Origin: a virus
Direction: 5' to 3' (one strand)
Length of the DNA: 64,000 nucleotides
Virus record (IMG/VR): IMGVR_UViG_3300045988_174371
Location: 32,001 to 96,000 of that record
Part shown: positions 15,421 through 23,626 of the stretch, in pieces
Position numbering within the stretch: position 1 is the stretch's first letter
Layout: each line of letters starts with the position of its first letter
Translations under genes and position numbers: made by a program
The notes under the pieces: generated by a model
What the model was told of the DNA's origin: nothing
Seen by the model: the letters and a program-made list of their open reading frames with translations, nothing else
The model's database searches: none

Positions 15421-15451
15421 AGCTTAGCACAGCTTCCATATGCCGTAAAGC
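15421..15451 (-). promoter_or_regulatory. family promoter
   Basis: minus reading TTTACG-N12-TGTGCTAAGCT. Confidence 0.45.
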
Positions 15452-15453
15452 GG

Positions 15454-15561
15454 CTAGAATGGGAGCATGGTGGAGATTACGCCAAGAACGACGAAGAACG
15501 CCATAGCGCACAAGCCAACAGTAATATTTCGGTCGGGGTTATCGTTACGGTTGCTACTCAT
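15454..15561 (-). CDS. candidate 35-aa single-TM micro-protein (not in ORF track)
   Basis: AGGAG SD 5 nt before ATG; MSSNRNDNPDRNITVGLCAMAFFVVLGVISTMLPF, a polar head plus one TM. Confidence 0.45.
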   Translation of the reverse strand: MSSNRNDNPDRNITVGLCAMAFFVVLGVISTMLPF

Positions 15562-15606
15562 TATTGCTCCTATCGGGGGGTACTTACTAATTGCGCCCTT
15601 GGGGGA

Positions 15607-16185
15607 CTACAGCTTTTCCGCCCATTCCTGGTACTCTGTCAGCATCTTACGGGCGGGGATGATGTCGATATGGTTGATGTGGCTGTAGCCAAATACAGCG
15701 GACTTAGCGTATTCCAGTAGGTTAGGGATGCTCACCTCTAGCGGTGCTTCATGAACCGCGATTTTGGGAAAGTAATCCCATTCGTCGTCATCTTCCTTGT
15801 CAGGGACAGTTGCAGAGTCCACAAGGTAGACGTATTTAGCGGTTTCGGGTTCTATGTCTTCACTCCAGTATTCGTACATGGGCTTACTGACGGGGATTTC
15901 ATTGCGCGCTTCGTCGTACAGACCGCCGTATTCGTTGGCATTGCGGCAGAACTCTGAACTGTGAGCGAGTGCGTTTCGGCTCAGGTGCTCCGCAATATCA
16001 TCAAGAGTGTTTACGGGTTCCCCGTAGACGGTGATTTCAGTGCCGCCCATGAGGGACTGGCGGGGCGCATGAATGATGACGCTGTAGGCTTTACCTCCAG
16101 CGCGTTCAATCTCTTCAATGCTGGACTGGATGCCTTCGATGTCGTTACGGTAGATACCTGAATACTCCACAGGTTCGTGAATCAT
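15607..16185 (-). CDS. hypothetical acidic protein (192 aa)
   Basis: AGAAAG SD; complete ORF. Confidence 0.7.
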   Translation of the reverse strand: MIHEPVEYSGIYRNDIEGIQSSIEEIERAGGKAYSVIIHAPRQSLMGGTEITVYGEPVNTLDDIAEHLSRNALAHSSEFCRNANEYGGLYDEARNEIPVSKPMYEYWSEDIEPETAKYVYLVDSATVPDKEDDDEWDYFPKIAVHEAPLEVSIPNLLEYAKSAVFGYSHINHIDIIPARKMLTEYQEWAEKL

Positions 16186-16341
16186 TGGGGTTATACTTTC
16201 TGTTAGGTGCCTGCTGTGGCTAATGGTCTATTTGCACCCACATGATGTAGGGGTGCTTAAATCTGTAAATATGGCGAGTGTTCCTCGCGCCTGCAAGACG
16301 TAGGGATATAGGGGCACTCATCGCTTAGCCCGTATATGACT

Positions 16342-16833
16342 CTACTGGGGCTTGACCCAGGTGCGGCGACGAGGAACCTTCTCCCACGTAAGAAGCTCTT
16401 CAGCCTCCCCATGATACTCATTGTAGTCATTGACGGCATCAACGATGTAGTCATCCACCTCTCCTAATGCGCGTTCAGTGGCATCAAAGTGCTCCTGGGG
16501 CGTAACTGAATATCGCTTGCTACCGTAAAGTTCAGTACCGTAGTTGGAGCTAGGCATGAAGAACAGGTTGATGGGGCCTCTAGAGAGCTTGATGATAGCG
16601 CCTTCGATTGCTTCCAGATATTCGCGGCTTGCCTTGGTATTCCAGCCCTTGTGCTGGATATGGTAGCGAACATCCTGCCTACGCTCAATTAGTCCCGCTT
16701 CCAGTTCGCCTAGCATGTTGCATACATGCCAGTATTCTAGGTGCATGAGTCGGGACAGTTCCCAAATTTCATCATTATTATCGTGAGGCATCCATTCGTA
16801 GCTACCGGGGGTGTAGTACTTACGCTCATACAT
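16342..16833 (-). CDS. hypothetical protein (163 aa)
   Basis: CCGAAAGGA SD; promoter 16878..16908. Confidence 0.75.
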   Translation of the reverse strand: MYERKYYTPGSYEWMPHDNNDEIWELSRLMHLEYWHVCNMLGELEAGLIERRQDVRYHIQHKGWNTKASREYLEAIEGAIIKLSRGPINLFFMPSSNYGTELYGSKRYSVTPQEHFDATERALGEVDDYIVDAVNDYNEYHGEAEELLTWEKVPRRRTWVKPQ

Positions 16834-16877
16834 TGGGTATGCATCCTTTCGGGCTGAAATTTCGATTAACTACTAAT

Positions 16878-16908
16878 AGTGTACCACATATTAGTTGGTA
16901 TTTGTACA
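16878..16908 (-). promoter_or_regulatory. family promoter
   Basis: minus reading TGTACA-N13-TGTGGTACACT. Confidence 0.55.
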
Positions 16909-16916
16909 CCTATATG

Positions 16917-16963
16917 TATAGGTTTGCCAGGCATCTCAGTTACGAATGCCCGGCAAACCTATA
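16917..16963 (-). terminator. hairpin terminator
   Basis: TATAGGTTTGCC ... GGCAAACCTATA directly after the 16966 stop. Confidence 0.7.
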
Positions 16964-16965
16964 TG

Positions 16966-17997
16966 CTAGTCAGTCCAGATGCTTGCCATAGTGTCGCGCC
17001 AGATGCGTTCCACGGCGGCAACATCCATGCCCTCCATGACGGCGGGGTCTACAGTGTTGCCGATTTGTGCGTTACGCCACACCCAAACCTGACGCGCGTC
17101 AGCACTGCCAGCATCACGGAAGAACAGCCAGGTAGCACAGTCGCAGTCAGCCGCGTCGTTTGCAGGGTTCACGCAGAAGGTGTTGAACTGAGGTGCTTCA
17201 CCTTCTTCAATCTCTGCACGAAGAACACCTGCCATATCCAGTGACCACCCATCCATGTTGCTTTCGCCGGTAGCCTTCTCCGCAATGTCTACCCATTCAG
17301 TACCCTCGGAGGTAATGAAACCGTTACGAGCGTCCACGAAGCAGGTAGCTTCACTCTCGGTGGCATCCAGGGCTACCTCGCCAACGATGCCAATAGTTTC
17401 CAGGGAGAAGGAGCCGCTAGTGCGAATAGTGCCTGAGATGAGCGTGGCAAACATGCTGGTTACGCCACTAAAGTCAGAGCCGGTACCGTCAATAAAGCTG
17501 TCGCGGAACTCACCGCTAGTCAGCGGGGTATCCGTCTTGACAACCATGCTATCAAACGAACCAGAGAATAGAATGGGTGCTTCACTAGTTGTCTGGAGGA
17601 AGTTGAAGCCAGTCAGCAGAGTACCTACACGCTTGCGAGGACGGCGCACCTGCATATCCAGCTGGGCGTTACCCAGAATGAAGGTGGTGGAGCTGGTGGC
17701 GAAGACCTTGTTTGCGCCAGCAGGGAGGCGGACAGCTTCGAGCTTACTTGCGTTGATGCCAGGAATGGTGTCCAGCGAGTCGGTAATGATAGTGATTTCC
17801 TCGTCGCCATTGGAAGTGAGGAAGGAGAGCTTAATGTCCGCTTGAGCCAGTGCGTCCATTTCGTCACAGAAGAACTCTACAGAGGAGATGTCGCCCTCAT
17901 TCCAGCGGGTGTCCAGCGCGCGGCGCTGTTCCTTGAATCGTTCCGCATCTTCGGTAGTGAAGGGGCGGGTTTCGATGGTGAATGTATTGCGTGACAT
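16966..17997 (-). CDS. hypothetical protein (343 aa)
   Basis: AAGGGAG SD; promoter 18047..18076. Confidence 0.8.
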   Translation of the reverse strand: MSRNTFTIETRPFTTEDAERFKEQRRALDTRWNEGDISSVEFFCDEMDALAQADIKLSFLTSNGDEEITIITDSLDTIPGINASKLEAVRLPAGANKVFATSSTTFILGNAQLDMQVRRPRKRVGTLLTGFNFLQTTSEAPILFSGSFDSMVVKTDTPLTSGEFRDSFIDGTGSDFSGVTSMFATLISGTIRTSGSFSLETIGIVGEVALDATESEATCFVDARNGFITSEGTEWVDIAEKATGESNMDGWSLDMAGVLRAEIEEGEAPQFNTFCVNPANDAADCDCATWLFFRDAGSADARQVWVWRNAQIGNTVDPAVMEGMDVAAVERIWRDTMASIWTD

Positions 17998-18046
17998 GAT
18001 TACTCCCTTTAGGGTGATGACTTAATGATTGACTGTAACTACTATT

Positions 18047-18076
18047 AGTGTATCACATATTTTAGGGTATGTGCAA
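18047..18076 (-). promoter_or_regulatory. family promoter (consensus copy)
   Basis: minus reading TTGCAC-N13-TGTGATACACT. Confidence 0.7.
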
Positions 18077-18097
18077 TATATTGGATGTGATTACGAC

Positions 18098-18131
18098 AAC
18101 ACCCCCTAGTGGACATACACTAAGGGGTGTT
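18098..18131 (-). terminator. hairpin terminator
   Basis: AACACCCCCTAGTG ... CACTAAGGGGTGTT. Confidence 0.65.
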
Positions 18132-18144
18132 ATCGCAGTACATG

Positions 18145-18480
18145 TTAGGCGATTCGGAAGATGCCGCGCTCCTCTAGAGCCGCCTCAATAATGGGGCGAA
18201 CCTCATGCTCCGGCATCACCGACTTGCAATGCACATGGTCAATATGAAGGGTATGCGCCTCATCAAGCCACAGCTTCATGCCAATAAGCCGATTTGCGGC
18301 AGTATTAGAGATAGCTTCACCGTTAAGCGTCGCCCAGCGAACGAAGCCAGATTTAAAGGTCTTATAGTGAAGACCGATTAGCTTTTCCCATCCGTTGAGG
18401 TATAGGCGCGGGCACTCGATAGCTGTAGGCTTCCACCGTGACACAATAATGGACTCCTCGGCTGTTGATTCGCGGTACAT
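18145..18480 (-). CDS. hypothetical protein (111 aa)
   Basis: GGGGGAGG SD; promoter 18532..18561. Confidence 0.75.
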   Translation of the reverse strand: MYRESTAEESIIVSRWKPTAIECPRLYLNGWEKLIGLHYKTFKSGFVRWATLNGEAISNTAANRLIGMKLWLDEAHTLHIDHVHCKSVMPEHEVRPIIEAALEERGIFRIA

Positions 18481-18531
18481 AAAGACCTCCCCCTTTTTTA
18501 GGTGTGGCTATAGGAATTACTTCTATAGGTA

Positions 18532-18561
18532 ACCATACCACATATTTTAAGGGTCGCGAAA
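18532..18561 (-). promoter_or_regulatory. family promoter
   Basis: minus reading TGTGGTATGGT core, overlapping the 3' end of 18547..18870. Confidence 0.5.
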
Positions 18562-18870
18562 GTCCTCCTCGTACTGTCGCTTGCCCCAAGTGTTCCAGTA
18601 CGCCACCGCCAGGGGTGTAGGCGGCGCGGGTGTAGATAGCTCTTCCCAGTCAATATAAACAATGCTCACACTCGCATCGCCACTATCATCAGGCATAACA
18701 CACAACTTACTGGCACAGCCGCAACAGCATGTTTCAGCATCCTGCAAATCCCCCGCAGGTACCCAAACGCATATGGGCGTAAACGTTGCTGGAGCTTTTC
18801 GGGAAGCAGTCGAGCTGTTGCCGGTATGCCTTCTACCTATCAGCCTTTTCATGAAGTTGAGAACCTTCAC
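18547..18870 (-). CDS. hypothetical Cys-rich protein (107 aa, GTG start)
   Basis: AAGGAAG about 10 nt before GTG; CCCGCASKLC cluster; no clear own promoter. Confidence 0.5.
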   Translation of the reverse strand: MKVLNFMKRLIGRRHTGNSSTASRKAPATFTPICVWVPAGDLQDAETCCCGCASKLCVMPDDSGDASVSIVYIDWEELSTPAPPTPLAVAYWNTWGKRQYEEDFRDP

Positions 18871-18899
18871 CTTTTCATCACTTCCTTGCTATGCCGTGT

Positions 18900-18949
18900 C
18901 ATTATGGGGTGGTCGCTAGTCACTAAGAGTTCACGCCCTCCCCATAATG
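18900..18949 (-). terminator. hairpin terminator
   Basis: CATTATGGGG ... CCCCATAATG. Confidence 0.6.
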
Positions 18950-18966
18950 ATGTATGCATGTTAGAG

Positions 18967-20055
18967 CTACTGTCCTGAACTGCCTGCATTGTAGTCCCAG
19001 GGGCGGTCATTCAGCTCTGGGTAGGGGAAGTTAGGGTTGTTCTTGAAAGCGCCTCGGGCAATGAGATGGCGGAGCTGGTACCAGTAGATGTCTCGTGCCA
19101 CCTCATAGCTATACTCGTCAGTTGCCTTCACCGCGTCATGGTATGCCTGCAAGCTTTCGCGAATGTCTCCAATTGCCGCCTCTAGCTTATCCAAAGAAAG
19201 GACTGCGTGGTCGATACGGTTTGCGAGGTCATTCATTTCCCAGGTGAGCTTAGAGCCGCCAACTACCTGCCGCTCTTCCTTAGTCGTATCCTCCCAGCCA
19301 CGCTCATGACGCTTGAAGCACCGCAAGGAAGCAGAGTTGAAACCCCTCAAGGCAGAGTCCATAACGTTCGCGTAAGCCGCATAGAAGTCCGTATCAGCGT
19401 CCACGATAGCCGCGCCATACTCATTGCACCAGCTGGCGTAATGCAAGCCGCTGAGTGCATAGTTAGTGCTAGGGTGATTGACCTTCTCATAAATCTTGGC
19501 GGCAAGGCTGTCCACTAGTGCGAACGCGATACCAGCAGGCGGCTCACCGGAGCTATCTTCAGGTACACCGCTAAACCCCGCCTCATACACCTTGTACGGT
19601 ACTGGCGGGAACGACTCACCCACGGTTGAGATAGGTGACCCTGGAATCACCTTGTGCTGACGTGCATCCTCGCCAGAGGTCACGGGGGCACCCAAGTAGA
19701 AGGCGCACACCGGCGGCTCAGTGAGAACGGATACTTGACCATCAATTTCCTCGCGGTACGTCACCAGGACTGAGGTCAGCTTCGAGCCTGCTTCAAGCTG
19801 ACTGCCCTCGCTAGGATGGATGAAACCAGCAACCTGGAGCACTCGCTCGCTGGTGAGAAGGTGACCCTCAAAACTACCCGTCTCCGGGTCGTACTTTTCA
19901 ATCTCACCCATTGCTGGCTTGACGAACGCTAGGCTTTCCTCCAGTTCTTCGTTGTCTCCTGTAGAGAGAGTTGCCATCACATGCCTAGCAAGAATGGGGC
20001 TGTCTTTGACGACGGCGAAAATGCCGTGCCCTACGATGGTTTCGGATGTGTTCAT
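18967..20055 (-). CDS. hypothetical protein (362 aa)
   Basis: AGAAAGG SD; complete ORF. Confidence 0.8.
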   Translation of the reverse strand: MNTSETIVGHGIFAVVKDSPILARHVMATLSTGDNEELEESLAFVKPAMGEIEKYDPETGSFEGHLLTSERVLQVAGFIHPSEGSQLEAGSKLTSVLVTYREEIDGQVSVLTEPPVCAFYLGAPVTSGEDARQHKVIPGSPISTVGESFPPVPYKVYEAGFSGVPEDSSGEPPAGIAFALVDSLAAKIYEKVNHPSTNYALSGLHYASWCNEYGAAIVDADTDFYAAYANVMDSALRGFNSASLRCFKRHERGWEDTTKEERQVVGGSKLTWEMNDLANRIDHAVLSLDKLEAAIGDIRESLQAYHDAVKATDEYSYEVARDIYWYQLRHLIARGAFKNNPNFPYPELNDRPWDYNAGSSGQ

Positions 20056-20130
20056 TTGGTTTCACCTTTCTTGTGGGGTGTAATATATGCTGGTATGTGC
20101 CCATTCTAGCAGGGTGGGTACCCTGCCAGC

Positions 20131-21213
20131 TCAGCTGGTGTAGGTTGCGGGGGTATTACATGTCACTTTGGCGGCTCCGTCCTCTGCAACTTCGATAGAT
20201 TCGATGCCGACGATATGCCCTGCCGGGTAGCCTCTTAGTGGTTCTTTCAGATGGAAGAAAGGGACGGTTGTGGTGGGTATACCAGATGAGGTGTTGGTGA
20301 TGATAGCTAGGGAGGGCGTGAGGAATAGCGCTTCGAAGTTGTTTCTTGTGGTTGATATGTCCATGCGGTGTATGTTGTTGAGTCGTAGTTCGCCAACGTT
20401 CAGGAACTCGTAAGAGCCCATACTGCGACTGAGGCGATGTGCCCTGTAATCTTCATGTATGTAGAGAACTGCTTCCGCGTCACGCTTTTCAAAAACTCCT
20501 GACACAGTACCTGTGTTGGCTTCCTTGAGTGTTTCAGTGAACCAGTAGATAGCATCTGCTCTGGCGTTATCTTCGTCCATGTCAGTCCAGTATCTCATGG
20601 AATCTGAAGCGTCACGCTTAACCGGCTTGCCTTTGTCGTTCCACCCGTAGAGGTGGTTGTGTGAACGAGGGTGTATTAGCTTCATGTAGTCATCAGTGGA
20701 ATGCTCTTTGTCGAGCAGTATTACCTCAGGTGAGCCGCCCCTAAGTGCTGGGAGCCTAACGCCCGTGGGGTCAGTGACATACAATCCAGGCTGTCCCCAG
20801 TACTGATGATTCTTCCTTAGCTTTGGGTGAGTCTCAGCTATCTTCGGGGTAAGAAAGCTGACTTTCTTGTCGGCTACAAGTAGCTGTATCTGCCAGTTAT
20901 GGTAAGAATGTTCGATGTCTCGCAGGCAACCGTCAATGACATGGTTCCAGCCCTTCGCTTTCCCCCAGGCGCTTTCGCTTGTGGTGTCGCCGCAGAAAAT
21001 CGACACATACTCCTGCATGTCACGCATACCTTCTAGGGCGCAGGTGAGGGGATGGATGGTGAAGATGTCTTTGAGTGGTTTGCCGATAGCGATAGGCGGG
21101 AAGTCATACTTGGGCTCAAACACCATGTCGCGCCATGCGCCACGCATAAAAGGAGTTCCCCCTGCCTGTGCAGAGGACACTCCTTGGTTATGGCGACTAC
21201 CTGGACGAAGCAT
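20131..21213 (-). CDS. SHN-YGW family paralog (360 aa)
   Basis: GGAGA SD; shares the DPxGVRxP...ILLD..H......R.SHNHLYGW block with 24264.., 25069.., 25848.., 26345.., 42827.. and 45630..; lies downstream of tRNA-Leu in the same transcription direction. Confidence 0.8.
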   Translation of the reverse strand: MLRPGSRHNQGVSSAQAGGTPFMRGAWRDMVFEPKYDFPPIAIGKPLKDIFTIHPLTCALEGMRDMQEYVSIFCGDTTSESAWGKAKGWNHVIDGCLRDIEHSYHNWQIQLLVADKKVSFLTPKIAETHPKLRKNHQYWGQPGLYVTDPTGVRLPALRGGSPEVILLDKEHSTDDYMKLIHPRSHNHLYGWNDKGKPVKRDASDSMRYWTDMDEDNARADAIYWFTETLKEANTGTVSGVFEKRDAEAVLYIHEDYRAHRLSRSMGSYEFLNVGELRLNNIHRMDISTTRNNFEALFLTPSLAIITNTSSGIPTTTVPFFHLKEPLRGYPAGHIVGIESIEVAEDGAAKVTCNTPATYTS

Positions 21214-21257
21214 TAGATGTCTCCAATCTGCAAAATAGTTAAGCGGTTGTGCTTACG

Positions 21258-21342
21258 TGTGCCTGGCGGGATTCGAACCCGCACGTCCTATTGCGGACAC
21301 CAGCCCCTCAAGCTGGCGTGTCTACCATTCCACCACAGGCGC
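21258..21342 (-). tRNA. tRNA-Leu(GAG), class II, copy 1
   Basis: cloverleaf read by eye: D-arm GTG/CAC with GAATGGTAGA loop, anticodon stem CCAGC/GCTGG, loop TTGAGGG, long variable arm, T-arm GCGGG-TTCGAAT-CCCGC; C2-A71 mismatch in the acceptor stem relative to copy 2. Confidence 0.8.
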
Positions 21343-21504
21343 TAAAGTCAAAGCCAGGCAGGGCTTCCACCCCCTCCGCCTCATTGTATCCCCGTCCAGG
21401 GTGAGGCGGTGAGAACGGATGCCTTCCGGGTGCTATCCAACACCCCTTGCCTGGCTCCTGGGGTCTCAATCCGAAACCCTTTAGGCGGTTTCTCAACCGT
21501 TGAT
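21343..21504 (-). ncRNA. structured RNA (copy D1) co-transcribed upstream of tRNA-Leu(GAG)
   Basis: about 160 nt between the promoter and the tRNA 5' end; homologous to 47912..48073 (shared GAGUUAUCAACGGUUGAGAARCCGCC, GGAGCCAGGYAAGGGG, CGGAAGG, GCCURGCUUUGA); local helices differ by compensatory changes. Confidence 0.6.
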
Positions 21505-21510
21505 AACTCC

Positions 21511-21540
21511 ACTGTACCACAATGATTTTGAGGTATGCAA
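21511..21540 (-). promoter_or_regulatory. family promoter (strong)
   Basis: minus reading TTGCAT-N13-TGTGGTACAGT. Confidence 0.7.
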
Positions 21541-21630
21541 GTCGAATTGATGTGAGGTGAGACATGTGGCATTGCGGATTACCTCGCCGTTACCTGGGTC
21601 GCTTCACGGAGATTCCCGTCAGCACTTTTG

Positions 21631-21641
21631 TGTGGTACACT
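21631..21641 (+). promoter_or_regulatory. family promoter core
   Basis: TGTGGTACACT, 55 nt upstream of the 21696 start. Confidence 0.55.
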
Positions 21642-21695
21642 GTAAGTATGTCCCCGCATGGGGGTACATCTACTACTACGACAGGAGCTACTAAG

Positions 21696-22316
21696 ATGGC
21701 ATATTTCCCCCGCTGGGATTATGGCGACGACTACACTGAATGGAATTACCCCACTGGCGTTGAGCTTGCCGAATACCTCAAGGAGGAGCTGGTCGGTAAG
21801 AAAATTACCTACATGGACGACACTCTGATTGAGCTCGATAACGGTCGAGTCCTGGAAATTGCCCCTAATGAGGGGTGTGATTGTTGCCCTAACGGTAACG
21901 CTAGTATTGTGGGTGATTCTGTGCGCGCCGCATCTGAATCCGCCATTCTAGACGTGAAGTACTCTGAGTGGGAAACTCATGGTGAATCTTCAAGCTTCGG
22001 CATCTTCATCCTTACCGCCAATAAGCATGAGAGCAACCTGTATGATACGGTCTCAATTAGCGGCTATGACGCTTTCGATGTACCGTCTTACTATGGGACT
22101 GGCTTCTGGGTCAGGGCGGCTTTCAAGGAGGGGATGAAGCCCACTGAAGCTGATGTAGCTGAGTCCTCCAATGTGGGCGGCAACAATGCGGCAGGTAAGC
22201 GTGAGCTTCCTGGTGCAATGGGCTACATGTCGAACCCGCCAATTATTCGCCCTAAGAAGCGTAAGGGCAAGCCATCCGGTACGTTGAAGCTTCGAGGTGA
22301 CATCTTCAAGCAGTAA
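21696..22316 (+). CDS. hypothetical protein with basic tail (206 aa; track ORF trimmed)
   Basis: CAGGAGC SD 8 nt before the ATG at 21696; the promoter lies inside the longer track ORF; C-terminal RPKKRKGKPSG. Confidence 0.7.
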   Translation: MAYFPRWDYGDDYTEWNYPTGVELAEYLKEELVGKKITYMDDTLIELDNGRVLEIAPNEGCDCCPNGNASIVGDSVRAASESAILDVKYSEWETHGESSSFGIFILTANKHESNLYDTVSISGYDAFDVPSYYGTGFWVRAAFKEGMKPTEADVAESSNVGGNNAAGKRELPGAMGYMSNPPIIRPKKRKGKPSGTLKLRGDIFKQ

Positions 22317-22378
22317 TGCGCACATCAAGGTCATCCGAAGCGCGCCGAAACCAATATTCATCTAAGCAATACAGGAAT

Positions 22379-22425
22379 ACACCCCATATGCACACCGTCA
22401 GCAATGAAGTGTGCATATGGGGTGT
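22379..22425. terminator. bidirectional terminator
   Basis: 17-bp arms ACACCCCATATGCACAC/GTGTGCATATGGGGTGT. Confidence 0.75.
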
Positions 22426-22458
22426 ATGTTAGCCCTAGGTATCTACTCGCAGATAGGG

Positions 22459-22722
22459 CTAAGCGTCGTCCGATTGCGACTTCTCGCCCGTCTTCGAAAC
22501 AGCCTGCATGAAAGATTTACGAACCTCACTAGAGATGTAATCTCCAGGCATTAGCTTCCGCTCCGTCACCTCTGCGGCAGGTGTTACTGCATCACTGCCT
22601 GTTGCTTCCGCGAAGGGGTCGCCTGGCGCTGGGGCGCAGAACAAAGGCAGGTCGTATTCCTTGCCATTAAGGTATGCCTTACCTTCGCCAAGTACAGTGG
22701 GAATAGGGTCACAGTTGGGCAT
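22459..22722 (-). CDS. hypothetical protein (87 aa; track ORF trimmed)
   Basis: AAAGGAG SD about 10 nt before the ATG at 22722. Confidence 0.65.
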   Translation of the reverse strand: MPNCDPIPTVLGEGKAYLNGKEYDLPLFCAPAPGDPFAEATGSDAVTPAAEVTERKLMPGDYISSEVRKSFMQAVSKTGEKSQSDDA

Positions 22723-22759
22723 AGTGGGTGTACTCCTTTTCAAACGATGGGCTACCCCT

Positions 22760-22768
22760 AGTATAACA
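22760..22768 (-). promoter_or_regulatory. possible extended -10
   Basis: minus reading TGTTATACT. Confidence 0.35.
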
Positions 22769-22853
22769 GTACACATGCGCTCATTACTAGGAGTATTTTC
22801 TTAGCGATAAGGAATGGCGTGAGCGCCCTCACAGGAAAATGTTGCGGTAGCGC

Positions 22854-22882
22854 TTGCATCCTGCTTGGGAGGCTGTTATGCT
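22854..22882 (+). promoter_or_regulatory. promoter for leader + tRNA-Leu(TAG)
   Basis: TTGCAT-N17-TATGCT with a TG extension (TGtTATGCT). Confidence 0.6.
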
Positions 22883-22888
22883 AGTATT

Positions 22889-23014
22889 ATCCATAAGGGA
22901 AATGAGGCTAACTCCCTTCGTTCCCGCCTTTACAGTAAAATGCTGTCAAAGGTTCCATCTTGGATGACTCTGTGTTCAGAGGGGGACTTTGGAAGTCTCT
23001 AAAGTCCCCCGTTA
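22889..23014 (+). ncRNA. about 125-nt structured 5' leader of tRNA-Leu(TAG)
   Basis: no ORF; hairpins AAGGGA..TCCCTT and GGGGGACTTT-ggaagtctct-AAAGTCCCCC (22981..23010) immediately 5' of the tRNA. Confidence 0.45.
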
Positions 23015-23097
23015 GCGCCCGTGGTGAAATTGGTAGACACGCAGGATTTAGGTTCCTGTGCCTTTACGGTGTGTGGGTTCGAGTCCCACCGGGCGTA
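23015..23097 (+). tRNA. tRNA-Leu(TAG), class II
   Basis: acceptor GCGCCCG/CGGGCGT (G1-U72), D-loop AAATTGGTAGA, anticodon stem CAGGA/TCCTG, loop TTTAGGT, long variable arm, T-arm GTGGG-TTCGAGT-CCCAC. Confidence 0.8.
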
Positions 23098-23137
23098 CTT
23101 GCTTTTCGAAGAAGTGATGCTAGATATTGGTCTAGAT

Positions 23138-23197
23138 AAAGGGCTGTCCCCCGTTCATATCCCCTGTATAGGGAATGTGGGCGGGGGACAGTCCTTT
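23138..23197. terminator. bidirectional terminator
   Basis: AAAGGGCTGTCCCCCG ... CGGGGGACAGTCCTTT. Confidence 0.7.
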
Positions 23198-23206
23198 ATG
23201 GCGCTA

Positions 23207-23413
23207 CTATTGTTCGCGCATCATATCCCGTCTTGCGACTTCCAGAGACCCCGCAGGCACACGCTTCATGAAGTCCTTATTGCGGGGCTCTCCAACCGAG
23301 TAATAAAGCGGCTCTACTGAGGTGGTGTTTTCGTTGGGTGGCAAACACGGCTCAGTGTGTGACTCCTTGTTGCTGACGCGCGGTTCGCTTCCCTCGCTCC
23401 TTGAGGTGGTCAT
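23207..23413 (-). CDS. hypothetical small protein (68 aa)
   Basis: AAAGGAG SD about 8 nt before ATG. Confidence 0.6.
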   Translation of the reverse strand: MTTSRSEGSEPRVSNKESHTEPCLPPNENTTSVEPLYYSVGEPRNKDFMKRVPAGSLEVARRDMMREQ

Positions 23414-23530
23414 ATGTTTAGCTCCTTTTCAATACGGTAGTGGGACTTACTATTGTATATCCGTGATGATGGCTATAGCAACGAGAAGGCATCATTCTTA
23501 TGGCATGTGACTCGGCTCATGCAAAACGAG

Positions 23531-23560
23531 TTGCACAACCTCCGAAATATGTGTTAGACT
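23531..23560 (+). promoter_or_regulatory. family promoter
   Basis: TTGCAC-N13-TGTGTTAGACT. Confidence 0.65.
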
Positions 23561-23626
23561 ATAGATGTAGCGAGGGAAACCTAGTGAGCTACAGTAAATC
23601 ATCCATCCACCGAAAGGTTAGCAATC

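Larger units (their letters stand above)
21258..21559 (-). repeat. promoter + RNA + tRNA-Leu(GAG) module, inverted copy 1
   Basis: diverged inverted repeat of 47857..48158; the ends (CACCTCACA..TTGCAT promoter and the tRNA) are highly similar, the middle is diverged. Confidence 0.75.

Noticed and set aside
21308-21572. 85-aa and 63-aa minus-strand ORFs
   Set aside because: They overlap tRNA-Leu(GAG) and the D1 RNA. The homologous D2 copy contains no ATG at all, so the conservation is at the RNA level, not the protein level.
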